This document shows, piece after piece, positions 1 through 9,001 of a DNA stretch of 64,000 bases; the stretch's first letter is position 1; each line of letters starts with the position of its first letter. A model generated the notes under the pieces. That model saw nothing but the letters and a program-made list of their open reading frames with translations. It was not told the origin of the DNA and ran no database searches. Origin of the DNA: an uncultured Anaerolineaceae bacterium (lineage in GTDB: Bacteria > Chloroflexota > Anaerolineae > Anaerolineales > UBA4823). The stretch spans positions 31 through 64,030 of the forward strand of contig CAYLPS010000010.1 in assembly GCA_964385625.1 (NCBI GenBank). Reading direction: 5' to 3'. Position numbers and translations under genes: made by a program.

Positions 1-20
1 CTAAGCCTGCCCAATCGAAC

Positions 21-2021
21 ATGTTTTACGAGCTCAAAACATGGGATCTCGCCGAGCAGCAAAGGACGGTCGAGCTTATCAAGGTCAATACCATCCTGAA
101 ACCGTCTGAAACCAATTTCTATGCCCTGGCTTACGCAGATGGTGAAGCATATTTACGCTTCCCTGGTGCCTTGGATGCCGCCACCTGGCGCTGGGATCGG
201 GCATATAATCTCGTCCATATTCAAAACCCTGAAGGCATTCGTCTGTACAGCCAGCTGATCCGAACCGCCATCATGTCCGGTCAGGTTCGTGCCAGTGACC
301 TTCCAGATTGGTTCAGCAGGTACGAAACCAGGCTCACGTTGAGAATATCCCCTCTGCCCCCTCAACCTGGGGAGCTGGGACGGGAGCTGGTAGAGATTAT
401 CGGTGATGGCAGTATCTTTTTATGGCTGGTAGAAGAGCCTGGTGAAACCGATGTCTACCCCTTACTCAATGATATTGACTACCAGCATCCGCACGAAAAT
501 GCCTTCCTGTATGCCGACCTGACTGGTGATGCCAGCCCTGACCTGGTGCTCTACCGCAGCTTCACCGCTCGTCAGACTGCATTGGTCGCTCCTCACATCT
601 ATGATTTATCATTTTCTCCACCTCTTGAGCTGCCCGTCCAGGATCAGTTGCCCATCGATTTCGGCTTGGAACCTCAAACCACTGCCGAGGTGATTACCAA
701 TCTTGCCGGACAAAATGTCCTCCATTGGACATACCTCGTGCAACCTGCCTGCCCTGCTCGGATGACCCAGGAATACACCTGGAAAGATAATAACTTCATA
801 CCCTCTCCCCTTCAATATACTCTTTCCCCGCATTATGACCTTGGAGCTTACTGTGAAGAGGTGTTGAATGCCGCCTCCAACAATTGGGGGCCGCAACCAT
901 CCATCATTGTCGCCAGCAATATGCTTCAGATCTGGCCGCCTGAAAAGGATGTCCAGGGTCGTCCTTATCCTCCCGATGCCATCGATTGGCTGCGCTATCG
1001 TCTCGGGATCCTGCATGCCCTGGCAGGTCAGCCGGAAGAAGCTGTGGAAAGCTTCTCACAGGTCGTTGATACCCCCATTGTTCCGGATTCTTCTTGGGTC
1101 TCTCCTGCTGATCAGTTCCTGCGCCTCTATCAGCAGGGTGGAAACCTCTACCCTGCCTGCCAGCAAGCCCAGCTGTGTAACCTGCGCGATGCCCTGCGAA
1201 CTCTGGTAACAGACAGTGCTGCCACTGATCCTGCCCAGGCTATGGTTGATATACAAGATCATGGTGTCACTATTCAGTCCAGTGGGCTGATGGATTTTGA
1301 TGGGGATGGCATCCCTGAGCGCTGGTTGATCATCCGACCAAAACCCATGGCCAAGCTGGAGTTTTGGATCCTCACCGCTTCCCAAAACGGGATCCAGGCT
1401 GTTTTTGTCCAGGTTTTCGAAGCCGGTGAATCGCTACCCTATTTCCACGAGCCCGTAGGAACGGTACCGGTCATACAATTCGAATTGCATAAAGGCTTCA
1501 TCTTTAACCGCCTTCCCACCACCGAGCAAGCCTACATCCAGTGGGTAGATGTGGAATATGCCCGCCCAACCTTCATCCGTGACGATTATGTGCAGGCATT
1601 GAATGATTTGATGGATGGCGCCGATCCCGCCGAAATCAAGCAGAAATTATTGGAAATCTATAACTCCTCGCGTTTCAAAGGAGATTGTATCGCCTTCAAT
1701 ATTTGTGACCAGTTCCACTATACACTTGCCCTGGTATATGACTTGCTGGGTGAGCAAACTAGTGCCATCGACGAATATCTATGGGTATGGCGTAATTATG
1801 GCAACAGCCCCTATGCCATAATGGCCCGCCTTAAGCTGGATTACTTCCCGCTTCCAACCTATACCCGCACGCCTGTGCCAACCCGCACCACCGCACCTAC
1901 TAAAACACTTTCACCAAGCTTCACCCCGTCGATTACGCCCACGCCGACCTCTTCTTCCACGCCTACGCTATCCCCTACATCAACCTCGACAGATACCGCA
2001 ACCCCTGCGCCCACCTCCTGA
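21..2021 (+). CDS. large hypothetical protein with FG-GAP/VCBS-like DxDGDG motif and C-terminal Pro/Thr/Ser-rich tail
   Basis: 666-aa ORF with no competing long ORF. Motif MDFDGDGIPE. The last ~55 aa are P/T/S low complexity running to the stop. The frame is open back to nt 3, so the true start may lie upstream of the window. Confidence 0.55.
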   Translation: MFYELKTWDLAEQQRTVELIKVNTILKPSETNFYALAYADGEAYLRFPGALDAATWRWDRAYNLVHIQNPEGIRLYSQLIRTAIMSGQVRASDLPDWFSRYETRLTLRISPLPPQPGELGRELVEIIGDGSIFLWLVEEPGETDVYPLLNDIDYQHPHENAFLYADLTGDASPDLVLYRSFTARQTALVAPHIYDLSFSPPLELPVQDQLPIDFGLEPQTTAEVITNLAGQNVLHWTYLVQPACPARMTQEYTWKDNNFIPSPLQYTLSPHYDLGAYCEEVLNAASNNWGPQPSIIVASNMLQIWPPEKDVQGRPYPPDAIDWLRYRLGILHALAGQPEEAVESFSQVVDTPIVPDSSWVSPADQFLRLYQQGGNLYPACQQAQLCNLRDALRTLVTDSAATDPAQAMVDIQDHGVTIQSSGLMDFDGDGIPERWLIIRPKPMAKLEFWILTASQNGIQAVFVQVFEAGESLPYFHEPVGTVPVIQFELHKGFIFNRLPTTEQAYIQWVDVEYARPTFIRDDYVQALNDLMDGADPAEIKQKLLEIYNSSRFKGDCIAFNICDQFHYTLALVYDLLGEQTSAIDEYLWVWRNYGNSPYAIMARLKLDYFPLPTYTRTPVPTRTTAPTKTLSPSFTPSITPTPTSSSTPTLSPTSTSTDTATPAPTS

Positions 2022-2030
2022 CATAGGTAG

Positions 2031-2870
2031 ATGGTAAATTCGATGGATTATCCTCACCAGACATGGCGCTTGTTGCTCTCGCCTCCCGCAACGGGGGCGT
2101 GGAATATGGCTGTGGATGAAGCCATCCTGCAGTCCATTGGTCAAAACCGGTCATTGCCAACGCTGAGATTATATGCTTGGAGCCCACCTTGCCTTTCTAT
2201 TGGCTATGCGCAACCATGCGCCGATGTTGACCAACAGAAATTACACTATTTCGGCTGGGATTGGGTGCGCCGTCCAACGGGCGGGCGCGCCATCCTGCAC
2301 ACCGATGAGCTCACCTACTCTGTCATTGCCCCCTCCACCGAGCCACGCCTGGCAGGCGGTGTCTTGGAAAGTTACCAACGTTTGTCCAGGGCCCTCCTGG
2401 CAGCTTTATTTTCTTTGGGCATCCCCGCCATATCCAATCCCATCAATCCGCCATCACCTCCACGCAATACTCAAGCCATTTGTTTCGAAGTCCCCTCCAA
2501 TTATGAAATCGTGATAAGTGGGAAAAAGCTGATTGGCAGCGCCCAGGCACGTCGCAAGGAAGGTGTGCTGCAGCATGGCAGCCTTCCCCTGCTTGGCGAC
2601 CTCACCCGCATCACTGGGGTCCTGGTGTATGCAGACGAAAGTGCCCGTGAAGAAGCCCGTTGGCGTTTGCTTGCCCATGCCACCACGGTTGAAACCGTGC
2701 TTGGTCGTCCCCTCAGCTGGGATGCCGCTGCCAATGCCTTTATTAACGCCTTTCAGTCTGAACTGAACCTGGATCTGCTCCAGGATGAGTTAACCGGCCA
2801 GGAAATTTCTGCCGCCAGAGAGCTGGTAAAAGATAAATACGGCCATCCCAGCTGGCTGCAACGAATTTAG
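2031..2870 (+). CDS. lipoate-protein ligase / octanoyltransferase family protein (BPL/LPL catalytic domain)
   Basis: N-terminus ...WNMAVDEAIL...LPTLRLYAWSPPCLSIGYAQ... and GKKLIGSAQARRKEGVLQHGSL are typical of the LplA/LipB-type catalytic domain. Confidence 0.75.
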   Translation: MVNSMDYPHQTWRLLLSPPATGAWNMAVDEAILQSIGQNRSLPTLRLYAWSPPCLSIGYAQPCADVDQQKLHYFGWDWVRRPTGGRAILHTDELTYSVIAPSTEPRLAGGVLESYQRLSRALLAALFSLGIPAISNPINPPSPPRNTQAICFEVPSNYEIVISGKKLIGSAQARRKEGVLQHGSLPLLGDLTRITGVLVYADESAREEARWRLLAHATTVETVLGRPLSWDAAANAFINAFQSELNLDLLQDELTGQEISAARELVKDKYGHPSWLQRI

Positions 2871-2887
2871 ATTATACTAAGCTCATC

Positions 2888-3175
2888 ATGGCAATTGGTG
2901 TCCTTACTTTGCAAATTCAGCTGCCAGGCTGTAAATCCCTTAAAGAAAAACGCAGCCGCCTAAAGCCATTGCTGGCGCGCCTGCATCGCGAATTCAACCT
3001 TTCGGTGGCTGAGATCGACCGCCAGGACATTTGGGACCAGGCTGCCATTGGTTGTGTGATAATAAGCAACGAGCACCAGTTTTCCGAAAGCTCGCTCCAA
3101 ACCGTTATCCACTGGGTGAATCAGAACTGGCCCGATGTCACTTTAATCGATGATCACATCGAAATCATCAGCTAG
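2888..3175 (+). CDS. DUF503 family protein
   Basis: 95 aa. LQIQLPGCKSLKEKRSRLKPLLARLHREFNLSVAEIDRQD matches the DUF503 (YlxP-like) pattern. Confidence 0.7.
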   Translation: MAIGVLTLQIQLPGCKSLKEKRSRLKPLLARLHREFNLSVAEIDRQDIWDQAAIGCVIISNEHQFSESSLQTVIHWVNQNWPDVTLIDDHIEIIS

Positions 3176-3184
3176 GGAGGCAAT

Positions 3185-3976
3185 ATGGACTTACAGCTAA
3201 AAGATAAACGCGCCCTGGTCACCGGCTCAAGTCGCGGCCTGGGATATGAAATCGCCCGATTGTTAGCCCTTGAAGGCTGCCATGTAGCCATCAATTCGCG
3301 CAATGAGCAGTCGTTGGCAGAAGCCGCCAAAAATCTCGCTGTCGCTACTCATGCTACAATCCTTCCTTTGGCTGGTGATCTTAGCCAGCCGCAGGTTCCT
3401 GGCCGGCTGGTCGCACAGGCCGTCCAGGCTTTTGGCGGGTTGGATTTACTGGTCACCAATGCTGGCGGACCCCCCTCGGGAAAATTCGAATCCTTCGATG
3501 ATCTCGCCTGGCAAACTGCCGTCGAGCTGTCCTTCACCAGCCATGTGCGCCTGATCCGTGCTGCCCTCCCTTATCTGCGCCAGTCTAGTTTCGCCAGTGT
3601 GGTCACCATGACCTCGTATTCCATCAAGCAGCCCATCCCAAACCTGGTGCTTTCTAACAGCATCCGTGCCGCCACAGTTGGCCTCACCAAGAGCCTGTCC
3701 CTCGAACTTGGCGTTGATGGGATACGTTTTAATTCCGTTCTGCCCGGTTGGACGACCACCCAACGCATAATTGATCTGATGGCCTACCGTGCGAAATTAA
3801 ATGGCACCACCATTGATGAAGAGACACACCTCCAGGCGAAAGAAACGGCCTTAGGGCGTATGGCGCGGCCAGAGGAGGTGGCTAATGCAGTTGTATTCCT
3901 GCTGTCACCTGCTGCTTCATATATCACCGGTGTGATGCTGACCGTGGATGGGGGGGCTTATAAAGGCACGCTATAA
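3185..3976 (+). CDS. short-chain dehydrogenase/reductase (SDR) family protein, atypical active-site positions
   Basis: TGSSRGLG Rossmann motif and NAGG motif, FabG-like length. An ungapped by-eye alignment to FabG puts S and R where the catalytic Y and K normally sit. Confidence 0.8.
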   Translation: MDLQLKDKRALVTGSSRGLGYEIARLLALEGCHVAINSRNEQSLAEAAKNLAVATHATILPLAGDLSQPQVPGRLVAQAVQAFGGLDLLVTNAGGPPSGKFESFDDLAWQTAVELSFTSHVRLIRAALPYLRQSSFASVVTMTSYSIKQPIPNLVLSNSIRAATVGLTKSLSLELGVDGIRFNSVLPGWTTTQRIIDLMAYRAKLNGTTIDEETHLQAKETALGRMARPEEVANAVVFLLSPAASYITGVMLTVDGGAYKGTL

Positions 3977-4009
3977 GATGCAGGGATTTTGGTGCAAATG
4001 AGGTAACCT

Positions 4010-4546
4010 CTAGCGGATAAACTTAAATGGCAGCTTCATCAGCGATTTTAAGATCTTCTGGGTGAGGTTGGGGTTTTTTATTCCCATTACTCCTTGCCCC
4101 ATCGTGGCATAGGCTTCCATGTATTGCCCCTTGCGTAATTGTATGGCAGATAGCGATTGCATCACCAGCGCTCGCAGTTCTGATTCCCCCACTTGCTCTA
4201 ACAACTCTGCACATTGCGTGTAAGCCGCCACTGCTTTATCCAGCTGCCTCAATCCTTCCCAGGCAGCTCCCTGGTTGCCAATTGCCAGCGCCTGGCGTAA
4301 CCTGTCTCCTCTGGCCGCAAAAACCTGGTCGGTATTCATCGCAATCTGCAAGGCTGATTCGGCATCTCGCCCTTTAAGGTAAGCCACGCTGCAATTATTG
4401 GCCATTTCTGCTGCCTCAAGCTCATTGCCCTCCGATAAATAACCATCAGCGGCTGCCTTAAATAATCGCGCCGCTGATAAATATTCACCTTTCTTATAAG
4501 CAGCCTGCCCTTCTTCCGCCAGCTGTTTGGCATCCACAATATTCAT
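4010..4546 (-). CDS. TPR-like repeat protein
   Basis: 178 aa, Ala/Leu-rich helical repeats (KKGEYLSAARLFKAAADGY..., RKGQYMEAYATMGQG). Lies 4 nt downstream of the XRE gene on the same strand. Confidence 0.6.
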   Translation of the reverse strand: MNIVDAKQLAEEGQAAYKKGEYLSAARLFKAAADGYLSEGNELEAAEMANNCSVAYLKGRDAESALQIAMNTDQVFAARGDRLRQALAIGNQGAAWEGLRQLDKAVAAYTQCAELLEQVGESELRALVMQSLSAIQLRKGQYMEAYATMGQGVMGIKNPNLTQKILKSLMKLPFKFIR

Positions 4547-4550
4547 GGGC

Positions 4551-5228
4551 TTATAAGGTGATTTCCAGCAATCCTTCTGCCAGGGCGCGCAATCTTTCCA
4601 CTTTTAATTCACTTAACCGCACCGCCAGCTCTAGGTATGGGCGGTTAATCGGGCTCCCGATGAATTCTTGTAATTCCACAGGTAATTCGAGGAATTCATT
4701 GATATTACGTTTTTCAGTGAATTTACTGCCGATCGGTCCCTGTTGGTCTTCAAAGTAGCTGATGGGATTATTCATGCACTTTGCCAGCACCTCCAGCTCA
4801 GGCAATGGTACAGGTGCCTCCCCTTGCTCATATAGCTGCAAGCTGGCAGCTGAGATTCCCGCCTGCTGGGCTAACTCCTCAATCGATAAGGATGCTTGGG
4901 TTCGTCCTTGTAATATTAGCGCTCCGATCACTTTTTGCCTTGAAGCACCAATCTCATCGGGATCAAAACCTGGCTCGTTGTCAGGTAGTTTTAATACCTC
5001 ATTCTCCCAAAAATGCTCCAATGGCACGCCCAGGTAAAAAGCCAGCATCTCGAGCTCGGGTAATGTAGGCGCTCGCTCACCATACTCCATCGCTTTGAGC
5101 TCCTCTGCTGAAATTCCTAGCGCTCTGGCAATTTCCTCACTATTTTTCCCTGATTTTTCCCCCGCATCCTGGATTAATATTCCCAGCTTCTTTGCCCTGA
5201 TGATTTTTAATATGGGATTTATCGTCAT
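4551..5228 (-). CDS. XRE-family transcriptional regulator with two HTH domains
   Basis: Two HTH_3-like segments: SEEIARALGISAEELKAMEYGERAPTLPELEMLAFYLGVP and IEELAQQAGISAASLQLYEQGEAPVPLPELEVLAKCM. Confidence 0.7.
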   Translation of the reverse strand: MTINPILKIIRAKKLGILIQDAGEKSGKNSEEIARALGISAEELKAMEYGERAPTLPELEMLAFYLGVPLEHFWENEVLKLPDNEPGFDPDEIGASRQKVIGALILQGRTQASLSIEELAQQAGISAASLQLYEQGEAPVPLPELEVLAKCMNNPISYFEDQQGPIGSKFTEKRNINEFLELPVELQEFIGSPINRPYLELAVRLSELKVERLRALAEGLLEITL

Positions 5229-5291
5229 CTCAACACCTTCCTTGCATGGCGGGTATTACGACCTTTTTCAATGTATTTTTAGTGCTTATTG

Positions 5292-5990
5292 CTATCCTTC
5301 TTGAAGAAGCGGCATGATGTATCCGATGCCCGAGCGGGTGACAATATGCTGGGGGTCATTTTGATCTCTCTCCAGCTTCTGCCTTAACCTGGATATGCTC
5401 ACCCACAAGATTTCCTTGTCTTTTTGATATTCCACTCCCCACACATCGCGCAACATCTGTTCGGATGGGATCACCGAACCGATATTTTGAGCTAATTGCA
5501 GCAGGATGCGATACTCGGTGGCCGATAGATACACCATCTTGCCATTGAGAAACACTTCTGCCTTGGCCAGGTCAATATCAAGGTTGCCATGATGGAATAT
5601 CGACGGCACAGCGGTTGGAGCCGGCTTGGCTGCCCTGCGTAGCACTGCCCGCACGCGTGCCAGCAGCTCGGTTGCCGAAAACGGCTTGACGATATAGTCA
5701 TCCGCTCCCAGGTCAAGGCCGCGCACGCGGTCTTTCTCCTCTCCCTTAACCGTCACCACGATGATTGGCACGGTGGAGAATTTCCTGATGCGTTCGCAAG
5801 TGGTAAAACCATCCAGCACTGGCATCATTACGTCCAGCAGCACCAGGTCTGGCTTTTCATTTTCCACCACTTCCAGGGCTTGTTGGCCGTTATATGCCTT
5901 CAACACCTCATAGTTATCCGCCATGAGGTTCGCTTCCATCAGGCGCACGTAACGTGGTTCATCGTCGACGATCAGTATTTTCTTACTCAC
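5292..5990 (-). CDS. OmpR/PhoB-type response regulator (receiver + winged-helix)
   Basis: KILIVDDEP, DLVLLDVMMPVLDG, VTVKG, GADDYIVKPF, and a C-terminal trans_reg_C-like region (LSATEYRILL...VTRSGIGY). I prefer the GTG at 5990, which follows GGAGAGGAGG, over the upstream ATG at 6020. Confidence 0.88.
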   Translation of the reverse strand: MSKKILIVDDEPRYVRLMEANLMADNYEVLKAYNGQQALEVVENEKPDLVLLDVMMPVLDGFTTCERIRKFSTVPIIVVTVKGEEKDRVRGLDLGADDYIVKPFSATELLARVRAVLRRAAKPAPTAVPSIFHHGNLDIDLAKAEVFLNGKMVYLSATEYRILLQLAQNIGSVIPSEQMLRDVWGVEYQKDKEILWVSISRLRQKLERDQNDPQHIVTRSGIGYIMPLLQEG

Positions 5991-7251
5991 GGGTTGCCTC
6001 CTCTCCCATAATTTGAGCATCCTGGTTATCGAGCTTTATTGGCAGGGTGATCGTAAAAGTTGTGCCTTTGGATACCTCTGAGCTCACTTTGATGTCCCCA
6101 CCGTGCCCGTTGATGATTTCCTTTACAATGAATAATCCCAAACCTGTCCCGTGGTTCGTTACCCTTGTTTCAGGCACCCGGTAGAATCGCTCAAACAGGT
6201 GCCCAAGATGTTCCTGGCCGATTCCGGGTCCCTGGTCTTCAACAGTGATGGTACATGTATCACTGGAATTGGTTAAGTTGATCATTACTGGTGATCCGGG
6301 TGCATATTTCACTGCATTGCTAATCAGGTTATCGAATACTTGCGTAATGCGCGTAGGATCAGCCTTCACGATGACATCACGATCTGCATGTAATTGTACA
6401 GTTAATGATGAATATCGGGAAGTACTTCTCACGACAATTTCACGCAACATGACATCCAACCGGATCGGCTGAAATTGCATGAACATTGTCCCCGCTTTTA
6501 ACCGTGAAGAATCCAGCAAGTCTTCGATCAACAAGTGTAACCGGTCTGCCTCTTCATCGATGATCGTCAGGAATTCCCGTCGGGTTAAATCGTCCCATTT
6601 GGCATCTTCTCGTAATAAGGAAGTGGCATAGCCTTTTATAAAGCCAATTGGTGTGCGCAGCTCGTGTGAGATGGTGGTGATAAAATCATCCTGCATGCGC
6701 CGCAGCCAGCGTTCAGCTTCCAGCCTCGCCACCCGCTCAACCAGGTGGTGGTTTTCCACCAGCTGGGCAGTTTGAGCAGCGATAAATTCCGCCAATCGGA
6801 TTTGGTCCGGTGTGTAGATTGGTCCTCCAAACCGGCCGAAAACCAGTACGCCTAACACTTCCTCCCCTGCCTTAAGCGGTAATCCCAGGAAGTCACGCCA
6901 GAATAAGCGGTTAACCTCCCAGCCATCTAGCTTTTCTTGCAACAGAGAGGTTTGCTTGGAATTGAATGCCTGGTTGGCAATCGTACCACCCCATTCAATT
7001 TCACCTTCTGCAGATTTTCCCCGCCCCACTACCCGTGCATACGATGGGTCCAGCCCTGCATGATCCCTCGGTGTATACAGCACCAGGTTATCGAAGATCA
7101 ACACATGCCGGGTATGCAGCACAATCAGGTCCATCGCCGCATCAATGCTTTCCGATTGGGCAATAGCCATTCCAATCGCGTAGACAGCCTTGATGTCTTC
7201 TGGCCGTAAGACTACTGAATCTTTACCCTCGTCGGGAATATCCTTGCTCAT
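5983..7251 (-). CDS. cytoplasmic sensor histidine kinase with GAF domain
   Basis: No TM segment. GAF-like N-terminal half, H-box ISHELRTPIGFIKGY, and HATPase N/G boxes (LISNAVKYAP, DQGPGI, GTGLGL). The start overlaps the upstream HK stop (ATGA). Confidence 0.88.
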   Translation of the reverse strand: MSKDIPDEGKDSVVLRPEDIKAVYAIGMAIAQSESIDAAMDLIVLHTRHVLIFDNLVLYTPRDHAGLDPSYARVVGRGKSAEGEIEWGGTIANQAFNSKQTSLLQEKLDGWEVNRLFWRDFLGLPLKAGEEVLGVLVFGRFGGPIYTPDQIRLAEFIAAQTAQLVENHHLVERVARLEAERWLRRMQDDFITTISHELRTPIGFIKGYATSLLREDAKWDDLTRREFLTIIDEEADRLHLLIEDLLDSSRLKAGTMFMQFQPIRLDVMLREIVVRSTSRYSSLTVQLHADRDVIVKADPTRITQVFDNLISNAVKYAPGSPVMINLTNSSDTCTITVEDQGPGIGQEHLGHLFERFYRVPETRVTNHGTGLGLFIVKEIINGHGGDIKVSSEVSKGTTFTITLPIKLDNQDAQIMGEEATRE

Positions 7252-8399
7252 TCGGTCTTAGTCACCGGTAATTTAAATTGGATCGACGTACCCTTATCCG
7301 CCTCCGAGCTCACCATCACGTTGCTGCCGTGTGCCTCGATGATCTTTTTGACCAGCGCTAATCCCAGTCCAACCCCACCATAATGCCTGGTGCTCGAGCC
7401 GTCCAGCTGGTGATATGGCTCAAATATCTCAGATAATCGCTCTGGTGATATGCCTATGCCATTGTCAACGACCTTGAATTCGGCAAAGCCATCTGTTTCA
7501 TCCAGCTCTACCCTCACTCTGCCTCCCGGTTTCGTGAACTTAATGGCATTATCCAACAGCTCCATAACCACCCATTGCATTTTTTCTTGGTCGATGCGTA
7601 CAAGGCATGTTTGTCCGGTCACCGACACCTCCAGGGCCAGGGGTCGTGCCGCTGCTTTGAACTTGCGTTGCTTTACAGCGTTTTCGATGACCTCGCAGAA
7701 GTTAACGGTCTTAATTTGCAAGGTAAACTGGCCGGTAGCTTCGAGTGAGAATTGGATCATCTTCTCGATTAATTCTTCCAGCCTGCCCTCTGCTCTTAGC
7801 ATTACATCCAGGGCAGTCAGCTGCTCGGCAGTCACTTTCCCCAGGGTACCTTCATTCATCAAATCAAGGTAACCCCGGATATGGGTAAGTGGTGTGCGCA
7901 GCTCGTGAGATACATTGGAGATGAAATTAGACTTCAGCTGGTTCAATTCAGCCAGCTTGGTCAGCGCGGTTTGTAATTCCTGGGTGCGTTCCTTAACCCG
8001 TTGTTCCAGCTGGAGGTTGGATTTTTGTAAAGCCGTATGTAATTGCAGGATTTGCTCGGTAATTACCTGGTCGAGCGTCTCCCTGTCGATTAGCTTCAGC
8101 TCCAGTAACGCCTGCCCTACCAGCCGTTGCTGTCCATCGCGACCGGGCTTTCTGGAAAATTCCAGGGCGCGTTGCAGGTCTTCCTGGCTGAGCACGCCTC
8201 GCTCGATCAGCAATTCTCCCACCCTCGGCACCAGGATTTCTGGTGTGATGGGAATCGCCGGGTTGCTGTTGATTTTTGAGATGACTTCCTGCTCAACAAT
8301 CGCTGCCGCCACAGCCAGGTTAATCCCGCAAAAGGGACATTCTATTACTTCAGGGCTTACCGGCCTTCCACAATTTGGACAGGGTAAGTGTAAATCCAT
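7248..8399 (-). CDS. sensor histidine kinase with N-terminal zinc ribbon and T2SSE_N/MshEN-like domain
   Basis: CPNCG...CPFCG zinc ribbon. Tandem RVGELLIERGVLSQEDLQRALEFS / LVGQALLELKLIDRETLDQVITEQ motif. Coiled coil, H-box VSHELRTPLTHIRGY, and HATPase motifs (LLDNAIKFT, DNGIGI, GVGLGL). Confidence 0.88.
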   Translation of the reverse strand: MDLHLPCPNCGRPVSPEVIECPFCGINLAVAAAIVEQEVISKINSNPAIPITPEILVPRVGELLIERGVLSQEDLQRALEFSRKPGRDGQQRLVGQALLELKLIDRETLDQVITEQILQLHTALQKSNLQLEQRVKERTQELQTALTKLAELNQLKSNFISNVSHELRTPLTHIRGYLDLMNEGTLGKVTAEQLTALDVMLRAEGRLEELIEKMIQFSLEATGQFTLQIKTVNFCEVIENAVKQRKFKAAARPLALEVSVTGQTCLVRIDQEKMQWVVMELLDNAIKFTKPGGRVRVELDETDGFAEFKVVDNGIGISPERLSEIFEPYHQLDGSSTRHYGGVGLGLALVKKIIEAHGSNVMVSSEADKGTSIQFKLPVTKTE

Positions 8400-8434
8400 T
8401 CTCCTCGGCTATCCTCGCTAATATCATATCCTGA

Positions 8435-8447
8435 GTTATCCGATAAC
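8435..8447. promoter_or_regulatory. 13-bp perfect palindrome GTTATCCGATAAC in the divergent HK-operon / pseudo-receiver intergenic region
   Basis: Read directly. It lies 36 bp upstream of the HK start at 8399. Operator function is speculative. Confidence 0.25.
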
Positions 8448-8514
8448 GCAAGCCTAACAAATGTGTATAGTTATTATAAGGAAATATAGGTTGATTTAAG
8501 GGATAATTGATCTT

Positions 8515-8928
8515 ATGTCCATCGCCTTACCAATAAAATTACTCGTTCTCGATCAGGATGCATTGGGAGAGAGTTTCCTCAATCGCATATTAATCCCTAG
8601 TGGCTATAATATATTTAATGTTAGCTCCGCTGCAGAAGGTCTGCTTACCTCGCGCTCGTGGAATCCCGATTTGATCATCATCAACACCATGCAGCCTTCT
8701 GAAGAGGGTTGGAAGTTGTGTCGCCGCCTCAGGGAGTACAGCCAGGCTCCCATCCTGGTGTTAGCTGCGGTTTCTGACCCTGTTTCAATTGCCCGTTGGT
8801 TAGATGCCGGTGCCGATGACTACCTCACCCGGCCGTTCTCTGCCGAAATGCTGCTTGCCCACCTGCAAAACCTTACCCGTCGCATCGGCTACGCTCATAA
8901 TTATCACCCCACCAGTCTGATTCATTAA
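8515..8928 (+). CDS. stand-alone receiver-fold protein with degenerate phospho-acceptor pocket (pseudo-receiver)
   Basis: CheY-like pattern, but with DLIIINTMQP (Asn at the phospho-Asp position), LVLAAVSD (Ala for Thr/Ser) and DYLTRPF (Arg for Lys). Confidence 0.75.
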   Translation: MSIALPIKLLVLDQDALGESFLNRILIPSGYNIFNVSSAAEGLLTSRSWNPDLIIINTMQPSEEGWKLCRRLREYSQAPILVLAAVSDPVSIARWLDAGADDYLTRPFSAEMLLAHLQNLTRRIGYAHNYHPTSLIH

Positions 8929-9001
8929 TCCTTTGGCTCACCCTTGATTCTTCATCTACATCGGGTAGAATCAAGTATATATGCATGCCAGGAGGTATAC
9001 A

